In this document: positions 13,421 to 24,740 of the stretch, piece after piece
Position numbering within the stretch: the first letter of the stretch is position 1
How the letters are laid out: every line of letters begins with the position of its first letter
DNA from: Hydrolagus colliei
Taxonomy: Eukaryota
Direction of reading: 5' to 3'
Length of the DNA stretch: 64,000 nucleotides
Assembly: GCA_035084275.1 (NCBI GenBank)
Contig: CM068747.1
Location: forward strand, 17,732,001 to 17,796,000
Made by a program: the position numbers and the translations under genes
Notes under the pieces: model-generated
Told to the model about the DNA's origin: nothing
What the model saw: the letters and a program-made list of their open reading frames with translations, nothing else
Databases searched by the model: none

Positions 13421-15054
13421 TATTATATCAAAACATGTAAAAGTGCTTTGCATGCAATTTCTGTCAGTGAAGTGACATCATCGGTACGTAAACGCACCCA
13501 TAATTACTTGGTGGGACCTTGCAGTGAGCAAAATTAGCAAAATGATCACTGCCTTTTGCTTGTAAATACACAGCCAGTACACTTGACAGCAATTCCCTGA
13601 AGAACTGAAGAACCAATCTTAGTAAGAGAATGGTTGACTCACTCAGCATTGAAGACATAATTTATGCACGGGATGGCATGGAAATTACAGTCAACAACAT
13701 GAACAGCGACAACTTGCATTTATATATTGCCTTCTATGCAGGGAAGCGTCTTGGAGTGTCTTACAGACACATCCCATTAATTCCTTTTTCATTGACGCAG
13801 TAAGTAGTGTATGACTAGTATAACAACAACAACAAAAGTACATTTATCGAGTGCCTTTCACGTCGTGATCTGTAATGCCAGAGCATTGCTTTGATAAATA
13901 GGCTATCACCATGGTAACCAAATACTATGTACCTCAAACAAAAGTAGAAATCACGCTGTTTGACTACAAGTTTATCTCCAGTATTTCAGAAAAATAAATA
14001 GGTCCCAGGAATGTCACATTCCAATTTTCCTGTATCGTTAAACTAGTCTATATCAATAGGGGGAGATGGAAATTATCAAGGCCTTGCAAATTCTCCCGTG
14101 ACTTGCTGTCGCGTGCAGACACATCTTTACTAAGTGAAACACTCTATGAACAAATCAAATTACTTGATTTCAAACAATTTTTTTCCTGCAAAAACTATTG
14201 TAAACCCAATGTTTTCTAAATACTCCTGTCTAAAAATCCTCACAAACAAAGAATGATTTGGGATGCAGAGTTTGTTCATGGCGTAGAGTAGCAGTGGGTC
14301 TTTTTGTAATATTTCAACATGTATTTCTCTTTCGCTCAATGCCCCACAACTCCCACAACCACCCATTAAACATCATGGCCACCTTTTGTTTGTTAGGGAA
14401 GATAAATGGGTTGCAATGCCTTCAGAGTTCCTGACACCAAAATTGTTCAAAATTTTAGCAAATTTCAATCCAAACCAAAGGCACTTTTTTATGCAAAGAA
14501 TTATTGGAATGTCAGATTTCACCATCAAGTGTAAAGGCCCAATTTGTGGTTAAATTGAGATTCGACAAACTCATCATATTAACAACAACACAATTATATT
14601 TATAGAGCATCTTTCATGTCGGGAGGACATCCCAACATCACAAATATTTGATAAACTACACGATTACGAAAGTTGCAGAAAATTATGCAATTCATCTGAA
14701 ATCAGAAATTGCAGAGCTTGGGAACCAATTTATTTCCAATGTCAGAGGAAAGCAAGCACACAAGTTCCAGGCTACAGCTCCTATGTATGTAAGTAACATG
14801 ATTGAAATCAATACAAAGAGATGGATGATATTAAGCCAATTCCACGTATTGTTGCATCACAAAGAACCAAATCAGCATTGTCCCATAAGAGAGATCTAAC
14901 ATTGATAAATAATTATATCCTTTGAACAATAATTTCATTCCACATGGTTAAAACAGAAAGTAACTTTCTGAACTGAAACTTCAACTTCCTCAGCCTGAGG
15001 CAAGACATAGATTTGAAATTGGCTGAAGAGAAGAATGTAGGAAGTTGCTATCAT

Positions 15055-15250
15055 AGCAAATCCTTCCATTTGATTTAGCGCTTTATCAAGCCGTCTGCCA
15101 AATGACTAACAACCAGGCTCCTACCTACCACTAGGTAAACAAAGGCATGTGGAGTAAGGAAACTAGCTTCACCTTTTGCCCTGTCCGGGAGTCAAACCCA
15201 GGTCCTCTCACTTGTGAGGCAAGTGTTGTATCCATTCAGCTACAGGACAT
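15055..15250 (-). mobile_element. Degenerate SINE
   Basis: GGCATGTGGAGTAAGGAAAC...CAGCTACAGGAC. Confidence 0.65.
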
Positions 15251-15950
15251 TATAGAACCCTGCGTCAAAATTGGGACAGGTAGTAACTGTGGTACCTCAT
15301 TGCTCCGTACAGATAAGGTACAATGTTTAAGGAGAAGCAAAAGGAAGCACATGTATTATTTTGATGGGAAATTATTTGCCAAGGGGGAAGCCAAAAGAGA
15401 CTTGTTAATTGACTCATGCCTCGCCATGTTAAAGCACTGTGAGCTGGCGATAAACAAGGTAAGGAGAATTCTGGGCTAATTGCCAAATCAGTTAAGTTCA
15501 GAGTTCATACTTAAGTTATACAATGTTCTGATCAAGGCCTCATTTGCAGTGTTCCATGTACCTGTGGTCTCCAAGCCCGAGATGTACTGCAGAAAAGAGC
15601 AACAAGGATGTATAAAGGAATGAGCTGAACAGCGAGAGCGAGATGCAGTCTTGAAATTAAATATTTTGGTGGAGACATTTTGGAGGTATATCCTATTTTT
15701 AAATAGGGTTGAGGAAGTAAACCCAGAACAATACTTTCACACATGGTGCGATACAGAACAAAGACTAAGGTTGCAAAAGGCAATTTCAAGACTCTGTTCA
15801 TTATTAACTGGATGGATTACTAGAAGAATGATGAAGGCTAGGTCATGGGATTGAATTTTTAAAAATGGCTTGATGTTGTAATGTGAGGGTAAGTATGGTG
15901 GGTATTCTGGAAGAATGAGATCAAATGGACCAAAGGGCTTTCTTTATCCA
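15250..15950 (+). mobile_element. Old CR1 fragment
   Basis: Degenerate CR1 RT C-terminus (AINKVRRILG; QKRATRM) and a 3' UTR-like end. Confidence 0.6.
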
Positions 15951-16511
15951 AATATCTCTTGCGAGTAAAAGTCAGAATGAGATGCTGTTGATTTACGTTA
16001 GTTTTTCAATTCTTAGTGATCAGAGACCGTGAGTTAAGTTATTTTTCATTCTTAAATTACTCAGGAATACACAAATTAAGATATGACTTAAGTTTACACA
16101 GCTGGCTGCTTACATTCCACCATTATCTGCTTTATTCTATGACTTTATCCTCTCAAAAACAATCAGCTCGGCACAAGGGAAAATAGCATTTTAACTATAC
16201 CGTATTTCGAAGCAACAAAAAGTACAACAAAAGGATTGGAAGCTATCAATGTTAGATAAATTATTAGTTTCATTCCAAAGGCTATAATAGTAATTGTAAC
16301 ATTGCTTACAAAATACATTTATTAAGTGCTTGAAATACTGTACTCTGCCATTATCAAGCTTGCTTATCAAAGATTGTTGAAGTTGCAATATTAGGATATT
16401 GTAGGCTATATATAGCATGACCGAAACATCATGACACTATTACAATGCCTAATAAGTCATGAAGAAATTATGCTATTTTTGTCTGATTTTAGATAATAGG
16501 GTAGTTATCAT

Positions 16512-18240
16512 GAACATAAGAACATAAGAATTAGGAGCAGGAGTAGGCCATTCAGCACCTCAAGCCTGCCCCGCCAATCAATAAGATCATGGCTGATCTT
16601 CTATTCTAACTCCACCTACCTGCCTTATCCCCATATCCCTTTATCCCTTTATCCACAAGAAATCTATCAATCTTAGTCTTGAATACCTTCAAGGACTGAG
16701 CATCCACAGCCCTTTGGGGTAGTGCATTCCATAAATTCACTACCCTATGAGTGAAGTCATTTTTTCTCAACTCAGTGCGAAAGGGCTGACTCCTAAATTT
16801 AAGATTGTGACCCCTGGTTATAGTTTCTCCAACTAGGGGAAACAGCCTCCCACTGTCTACTCTGTCATGCTCCTTAATAATCTTATAGGTTTCTATAAGA
16901 TCACCTCTGATTCTTCTATATTCTAGGGAATATAGGCCTAGATAACTCATCCCTCTCATCCCAGGTACCAACCTAGTGAATCTACGTTGTACCCCCTCCA
17001 TGGCGAGTACATCCTTTCTTAAATAAGGAGACCTAATCTGCAATAATATTCACTATTCAATATTCACATAATAACTGCACAATATTCTAGGTGTGGTCTC
17101 ACCAGGGCCCTATACAGTTACACCAAGACTTCCCTACTCTTATACCCTTTTGTATATAAAATATCCTTATAACCCTTTTGTAACGAATGCCAACATACTG
17201 TTAGCCTTGCTGTACCTGCAAACTAATATTTTGTGGCTGGTGTACAAGGATAACCAAATCCCTCTGAACACTAACACTATCTTGTCTCTCCCCTTCTAAA
17301 AGATAATCTGCTCTACTGTTTTTACCATTTAGGTGGATGACTTCACACTTCCTTATATTATACTTATATCTGCCACCTACTTGCCCACTCACCTAACCTA
17401 TCCATACTGTGTTGCATTTTTTTTAATGTATCCTTCGTGTTTACTCTCCCTCCCAATTTAATGTCATCCGCAAATTTGGATATTTTAAGTTCGATGTCCT
17501 CATCTAGATCGTTGATGTAGATTGTAAATAGTTGAGGCTCAAGCACTGATCCTTGTGGCACTCCACTAGTCACATCCCGCCAATCTGAGAAGGACCTGTT
17601 TATCCCTACTCTTTGTTTTCTTCCCGTTTACCATTCTTCAATCCATGCTAATATATTCTCCTTAATTCCATGGGCCCTTATCTTGTGGATCAAACTTTTA
17701 CGCTGCACCTTATCAAATGCCTTTTGGAAATCTAAAATACACTTCATCTACTGATTCCCCCCTATCTAATCTACTTGATATGTCCTCAAAAAAATCTAAA
17801 AGATTTGTTAAGCATGACTTCCCTTTTGTAAAACCATGTTGACTCTGTCTAATCATATTGTGATCCTCTAATTACCCCACTACGACATCCCTTATCACCC
17901 ATTATAATTCCTCCTGTCTCTGCCTGTAATGGACTCAGATTTACTTTTGCTAGCCTATTCCTCTTAATGTATTTATAAAAACTCTTACAATCTGATTTAA
18001 TGTTCCTAGCTAGCTTGCCCTCATTATCCATTTTCTCACTCTTAATGAGCTTTTGGGTTTTTCTTTCTTGGTCCCCAAAACACTCCCAGTCCTCAGGTCT
18101 GCTGCTCTTTTTGGCAGTTTTGTAGGCCTTTTCTTTTAGCTTTATACTTTCCCTAACTGCTGTAGTTAGCCATGGATGAATTGATTTCCCTGTGGTACTC
18201 TTATTCCTCAAGGTAGTATGTGACTGTTGAGACTTTTTGG
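16512..18240 (-). mobile_element. CR1 LINE, 5'-truncated, with frameshifts and internal deletions
   Basis: Minus-strand [22 protein letters not shown]...KFADDIKLGG and VQRRFTRLVPGM...YSLEYRRIRGDLIETYKI...FTHRVVNLWNALP; (TTCTTATG)n-type tail at 16512. Confidence 0.95.
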
Positions 18241-19184
18241 TCACTCTGTAAAAACTATTTCCTTTTAACCCAGAACCATACAAAACAACCATAACTTGAA
18301 TTTATATAGTGGCCTTTACTAAGAGCATCATATATCTTAATCCCAATCATGATTTTGTCAGCCTTATTATGTTTTTTTCAAATTTTAAGACAGGTCCAAA
18401 TTTTATTTATGCTTTGTATCAAATTTTGTGACGGTTCCACTGAGAAAAATGATCACTATACACCTGGTTTTATGGTAAATCAATTTATATTGATAAAAAT
18501 TGGCAACACAGTCTTTTTTAAAAAAAAACTGTACATAATCAATATCAAAACTCAAGAATGAAAGACTTTCTCGTTATTTATAAGGTAATACTCTCAGGAT
18601 TCTGATTATACATTAATTTTGTGGTACTAGAATTAAATATTGAGTGGATATTCAGTACTATATAGCATATAACCCTTGATATACGTTACAACCCTTGGTA
18701 TATCATATAACCCTTGGTTTCTTGTGGAGAGGTTACAAATGATTTGTGAGTCACATTTCCTAGTGTCATTGGGTCATAGAGTCATTGCACAGTTCATTCG
18801 TACCCTAGATGTGGGAAGAGTGAAGAAGGAAGTGGTAGGTACATTAAATTAAGCAGCTGGGACTGTGACAATGACTTTTAGTGAGTAAAAGCTGATAACA
18901 GAATCAGGACAAAGAGTGCAGTTAATATAAGGTAAGTTGATGTGATATATGAGTTAAGATTTGGAAATTATATGTAAAGAAATGGCAATGTGCAAGAGTA
19001 TTTGAGATAGCACTTTATTATCTCGTAACATTGGAAAACATTCACACAATGAATAATATGTGAATTATGGTGATTGGTGTTATATAAGAAAACATTGCAA
19101 TTGATTTTCACCATCAATAATCTGCATGCATCAATGAAATAAATTAATTACCAAAATAATTTTGCATGAATGTGGATAAGAGAG

Positions 19185-19350
19185 GAACGTTGGCCAACAA
19201 ATTGAGAGAACTCCTGCACTTCTTCAAAATAATGCCATGGAATTATTAACCTGCATCTGAATATACATAAAGGACCTGATTTAACTTATCATCCAAAGAG
19301 TGTTACCTCCCTCTGACAATGCAGCTCTCCCTCAGCGCTGCCTTGAACCA
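19185..19350 (-). mobile_element. Ancient SINE fragment with Deu-domain (DeuSINE-like)
   Basis: GAACTCCTGCACTTCTTCAAAATAATGCCATGG...TCATCCAAAG...TGACAATGCAGCTCTCCCTCAG resembles the reverse complement of the Deu core, from recall. Confidence 0.6.
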
Positions 19351-19769
19351 AGGGAGCAACAACTCATCCAAACTGACACAACATAAATGTGGTTTTAAGT
19401 GAGCCATAAATTGAGATTTAAGGAATTTATGGATGGCTCATGCAAGATAATGTAGTAATAGTTTAATTGTTATCACTACTTTAGTGTCATCAGTATCATA
19501 TTTTGTATTAGCAATACAATATTGTGATATTGATAATAAAAATATATTAGAAACAATAGATGTAGGCCAAAGGTGCGATTGATAGAGCTGCAGTTTAAGG
19601 ACCAGGTTTGCGCATTCAAGTCCCAGCCTCTGCTACGTTTGCTGGTCTCAGTCGGGTTTACAAGAGGAGTTTACATTGGCTCCAGATTTTTCAGGGTTAG
19701 AGAGGGGAAACAAGCCAGAGTTCCGGCTACTGATGCAGGACAACACCCTCTGCAGGTTGGACATGTGGC

Positions 19770-20190
19770 TAAGAACATAAGAACATAAAAATTAGGAGCA
19801 AGAACAGGCCATTTGGCCCCTCGAGCCTGCCCCACAATTCAATAAGATCATGGCTGATCTTCTAATCTAACTCCACCTACCCACTTTATTCCCATATCCC
19901 TTAATCCCTTCATCCATAGGAAATCTGTCAATTTCACTTTTTAATATGTTCAAGGACTGAGTATCTACAGCCTTTTGGGGTAGAGAATTCCATAACTTCA
20001 CTATCCTCTGAGTGAAGACATTTTTCCTCAACTCAGTGTGAAAAGCCTGACCCCTAATCGTAAGCCTGTGACCCCTAGTTATAGCTTCTCCAACCAGAGG
20101 AAACAGTCTCCCACTGTCTACTCTGTCAAGCCCCTTAATAATCTTATAGGTTTCTATAAGATCACTTCTAATTATTCTATATTCTAAGCA
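19770..20190 (-). mobile_element. CR1 3' end, same subfamily as 16512
   Basis: Closely parallels 16512-16930 and has the AAGAACAT tail repeats. Confidence 0.9.
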
Positions 20191-20307
20191 GGTGTTTGTG
20201 GCTGTGTGGAAGAGGTCAGTCTCAGGTGAGACTCCATTTACAGTGAAGTGACCTGCTGATATTCATTGCAAGGCTCAAACATGAACAGTTGGCCAATGTC
20301 TAGCACC

Positions 20308-20622
20308 ATAATAATAATCTTTGCATTTGATATAGCATTTTTCATGTCTTCTAGATGTCTCAAAGCGCTTCACAGAATGTACTATAAAGTAAATTGACTG
20401 TATATTGTGTGGGCGAAACGCGGCAGCCAATTGCACACAGCAGTGTCCCACAAACAGTCATGGATTGAATTGACCAATTTAACAAAAATTTTTGGAAGGA
20501 TTATTATTAGGCATGTGGAATAAGGAAATTTGCCCAGGGTTTCAGCCTGACCAGCCTGGATTCGAGCACAGATCTCACACTTGTAAGGTGAGTGCTCTAA
20601 CCACTGAGCTACAGGACTCCAC
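20308..20622 (-). mobile_element. Full-length SINE
   Basis: Tail at 20308, head ...CCACTGAGCTACAGGACTCCAC at 20622. Confidence 0.9.
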
Positions 20623-20899
20623 AACTTCTATTTAAACTTCTTATGGGGAATCTGTGGTTTAGCCACATGAGTGCTTTCTCAATAAATTTGAAACATTTAA
20701 ATGTTTAATTTATAATTACCGGTATATATAAAATTATATTATAATTTTATTTTATGAATTCTTATTTTAAACAATGTTGTTTGTTTTCAATTTAATTTGT
20801 TTAGAAAAGTTAGATTTTTTTAAAAACAGCCCATGTCAGCCTATTACAGTCATCTAGATTATGATAATAGTTGTATTTAGAAGCACTTCAGCACAACTG

Positions 20900-21165
20900 T
20901 ATTTGCTCCTCCGGTTCTGGTCTCTTCCTTGTCCCCCGAATCCTCCGCTCCACCATCAGCGGCCATGCCTTCAGCTACTACTCCCCGAAGCTCTGGCACT
21001 CCCTTCCTCACTACCTTCACCTCGCTCTCTCTCTTCCTAGTTTCAAGTCTCGGCCAAAAACCTTTCTGTTTCTCCCCCTGGCTCGGGCCCGGAATCCATT
21101 ATTGTGAAGCGCTCTGAGACGTCCAGCATGCAGGACGCTATATAAATCAAAGTTGCTGTTGTTGT
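20900..21165 (+). mobile_element. L2 3' fragment
   Basis: GHAFSYYSPKLWHSLP...SFKSRPKTFLF and tail GCTATATAAATCAAAGTTGCTGTTGTTG. Confidence 0.8.
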
Positions 21166-22359
21166 ATCTACTTTTTTAAAAATATATGTGTACTGTACCG
21201 TGTATACTAATCTTGTGTAACATTGCAGTTTTTTTTCATTATCTGACATTGGAGAAGCCAATCACTATGCTTAATGAGAATTTCATGCGTGCCATCTACC
21301 CGTGCTATTTCCCATGTTTGGAATGGAATACTCTGTCCCTGCTTCCCTAATCCCAGAGTTTGTTATTTGCAGGTTGGGAACAAATTTCGATTCCAAAATT
21401 GGTTTATCCCAAAAATAATTTAAAAATTTGCATTTAATATAGCGCCTTATCATCTCAAAATGCTTCACAGGATCTATTGGGTTCACAAAATCTTATTACT
21501 CCCTTGTTTATTTCTTTCAATTAATTCTTATTTTCTGTTGCAAAGCAGACGAATGTAACAGTGCCTAAAATCAGCAACTTGCTCTAAGATATCACACTGT
21601 ATCGGTGTGAAATGAGGGTATTGTCACAACAGTGTTGTCTAGTTGTAAACATTCAAAATTGTATCTAACAAGATGCAGCAATTTTGCTGAAGTTGTGAGA
21701 GAGTTTGTGTGCACTTTGAAAGCTGAAAAGCTGTTTCACTGTTCAAAGGGCTAATAGCGGTTGAACATCACGCCCTGTTTGTCTACTGGAACTGAAGTGA
21801 TATCGCTTCCAACAATCAAACGGTTAGCAGAGAGGAAAGCCTGATTCAAACTTCCTGCTCTTAATCACATCGGCTGAGAAGAATTCTGTACATGTACAAG
21901 TAAGCATATGGGTGGAGCTCTAGTAATGAGTACAGTACCGACTTTTTAATCTTATCAAAGAGCCATCTGCACGACTGGCTGGTTAACAACATTAGAAATT
22001 TTCGCAAAAACTTTTTTGTCTCAGGTTGCCAACTGGACGAGAGAAGACAATCTTTTAAAGTAGGGTCAAATCCATTTGCACTATTTGCCATTGCTAATGC
22101 AGCAATGTATATGTCTTTATACCTCCTTCTTCGACGGTCCCATCGGTCACCCCAAATTCCCCCCTTTCCCTCCACCCGTTCAATCCAACTCTTCTCAGAT
22201 CATGCTCCCTGCATTTCCCTACATCAAGGCAACTTTTCATTGCTTCAGATAATCCCCTTCAACCCAAGCAATTCCCAAGTACATTACAATATGGACATTA
22301 CAATATGGACAATATGAGGGAATATGTTGGCAATATAAATAATCACCTAAAAGAAAGGA

Positions 22360-22665
22360 ATAGCATTTTTACGATGTCTTGTCATGTCAGAAAGTCTCAA
22401 AGTAGTTTCCAGTTATTAATGTCAAGTGTGATGTGATTATATTTGCAGGCAAACTCAGCAGCTGTTTTGTGCACAGCAAGATCCTGCAAACAGCCATCAT
22501 TCAGGCGAATGACGAAATTATCTGGTGGGATTGTTGGCCAGGGCAACAGGAGAAACTCACTTTGCATTGTGAGCAATGTGATGGAACCTATAAGCAAATT
22601 GGAACTCAGTTTAATGCTTCTTCTAAAAGTTGCACCTCTGGACATGCAGGACTCCCACTGGACCA
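22360..22665 (-). mobile_element. Ancient DeuSINE-like element
   Basis: TGTGCACAGCAAGATCCTGCAAACAGC...TTGGCCAGGGCAACAGGAGAA...CAGTTTAATG...GCACCTCTGGACATGCAGGACTCCC. Confidence 0.55.
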
Positions 22666-22889
22666 TGAGTTTGGGGAGCAAGCAGGATAGTGTGATGAGC
22701 TCAGTTGCATGTTAATAGGTCAAATTGCCTGTCTCTTTGTTGTACCATTCTACAATTTTATGTCTATAAATGTAATTTTGTTGTTGTTGTTGTTGTCTGG
22801 ATGTTGGGCTTGAACTCACAACCTTGTGTCGACACTAAATAAACCAACATGACCCCATGCATTGGTTCGTCGATAAGGCTGGGCAGGTC

Positions 22890-23260
22890 ATTACAGACTT
22901 TGGTATTTCTGAGGACATTAAGGGTTGATACGATTGAAATGTTCAAATAAAAAAGGGAATGAATAAATAAGATGTTCTTCCCACTGGTAGGTGGATCCAA
23001 ACTAAAGGGGACACAATCTTAAAGTGAATGTCCGAAAGGTTAAAAGTAAGCTCGGGGAGATGGGCGGTTCATTTCACACAGAGTGTTATAAAAAAAGGTG
23101 GACAGCACTGCCTGAGAAAATCACAGAGGCATCAATAAGAATGCTTAAAAATGAGTTAGATGGATACTTAGGAAGTAAGTGTATTCAGGGGTATTGAGAA
23201 AAGGCAGAGGAATGGGATTAAAAGATCTGCCAATGATCTCATAAACTGCAGCAAAAGGAT
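22890..23260 (+). mobile_element. Old CR1 3' fragment
   Basis: Degenerate RGHNLKV / FTQSV-type CR1 end and GAGTTAGATGGATACTT. Confidence 0.6.
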
Positions 23261-23717
23261 TGATAGCTTGAGATGTTACCTTAGTTGGTGTATTTTATCA
23301 TTTCCCTCCTGTATTGCACATGCAATCGATTAATTTTGAATAAATGTTAATATCATGGACACAAAACAGAATAAAATGTGTAAGGTTTAATAATTTCAAG
23401 AAACAAATTGTGAAAACCAGTCACCTGTTAATTCCACATCTTTTTCTATGAACCTGTAATTTTCTTTTTCTACGACCCTGCTGCTTCTGCTGCTGCAGTT
23501 GCTACTGGTTCCTTCTGTTTCATGCCAGTGTGATGCCACTAAATCTTTACAGCAATTTGGTTACTGCCGGCAAGTATGTTGTGTATCACAGGCTGTATCA
23601 TTGAAACAATAGGGATTGACTTGGTTGTTCTTTTGCTGACGAGGGAGGGTACACTTGCTGAAGCTTATATCACAATGAACCAGGCTCTGTGCGCCCGTCA
23701 TCATCAGTGCCCTAGAG

Positions 23718-24033
23718 CAGCGGTTCTCAACCAGGGGTACATGTACCCCAGGGGGTATAAAAAGACGTTCAGGGGATACAGATGGCGTTACATTGATTTA
23801 TTTAGCTCTCTTATTTAGTGTTTTATAGCCTTCCAAATTATATATTTGATTGTTATTACCCTTGTTTTGTTTGTGCTAGTTATTTTGTTATATAAGAAAA
23901 GCTTGGTCACAAAATGGTGCAGTGGAATGAGGGAGGTGATGTGTGTGTGTGTGTGTATGTGGTTGGATGGGGGTACACGATAATGTTGAAAATTAACAAG
24001 GGGTACCTAACTGAAAAAGGTTGAGAACCACTT
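23718..24033. mobile_element. hAT (Charlie-like) MITE, 316 bp
   Basis: TIRs CAGCGGTTCTCAACC ... GGTTGAGAACCACTT; exact 8-bp TSD CCCTAGAG at 23710-23717 and 24034-24041. Confidence 0.9.
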
Positions 24034-24119
24034 CCCTAGAGTACCGCAGATCCACCTGACTCAGGAAACGGACTGAGATCACCACAGAGGATTGACTCGA
24101 TTCCGACATTTCCGGCAAC

Positions 24120-24278
24120 TCTAACAACTTTTAAAAGAGAGGTAGATGTTTATTTGGGGAGGACGGGTTTCCGTGGTTATGGGGAGAGAGCTGGGAAGTG
24201 TAATTGAGTTGCTCTTTTCAAAGAGCCGGCACAGACTCGATGGGCCAAATGCCTCCTTTTGTGCCGTAAGATTGTATG
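24120..24278 (+). mobile_element. CR1 3' UTR/tail
   Basis: GGTTATGGGGAGAGAGCTGGG...CACAGACTCGATGGGCCAAATGCCTCCTTTTGTGCCGTAA, as at 46690-46790 and 48497-48560. Confidence 0.8.
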
Positions 24279-24472
24279 ATGTCATCTTGGAGCCAGTTAA
24301 AGCTCCAAACAGATGCCACTTACTTCCCAAAGAGGACAGTCACTAGTTGATGGCTCATGATCCAAAAAACACAGCTTTGAGCCCTAACTAGGTGGATAAT
24401 AGGTACAAGGAACTCCCTTTGATCGTTCAGGTGAGTAACGCATCTCAGCATGAAATGCATGAGAGCATTATA

Positions 24473-24740
24473 AATAATAATCCTTGCTTTTGATATAGCG
24501 CTTTTCATGTCTTCTAGACATCTCAAAGTGCTTCACAGAATATGCTGTGAAGTGAATCGACTGTATATTTGTGGGCAAAAGCATTGCCACAATCTTATAC
24601 AGTCAATTCACCCACAGTCATCTCCTACAAATATACAGTCAATTCATTTTACAGTATATTCTGTGAAGTGTTTTGAGACGTCTAGAAGACGTGAAAAGCA
24701 CTTTATCAAATGCAAGGATTATTATTATTATTATTATTAT
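24473..24740. mobile_element. Two inverted SINE 3' halves, head to head
   Basis: 24473-24576 (minus) and 24624-24740 (plus) are near reverse complements of each other. Confidence 0.85.

Noticed and set aside
16606-18292. Reverse-transcriptase ORFs as an active or domesticated gene
   Set aside because: Fragmented, frameshifted, 5'-truncated CR1; the L2 RT at 28568-29609 is likewise broken.
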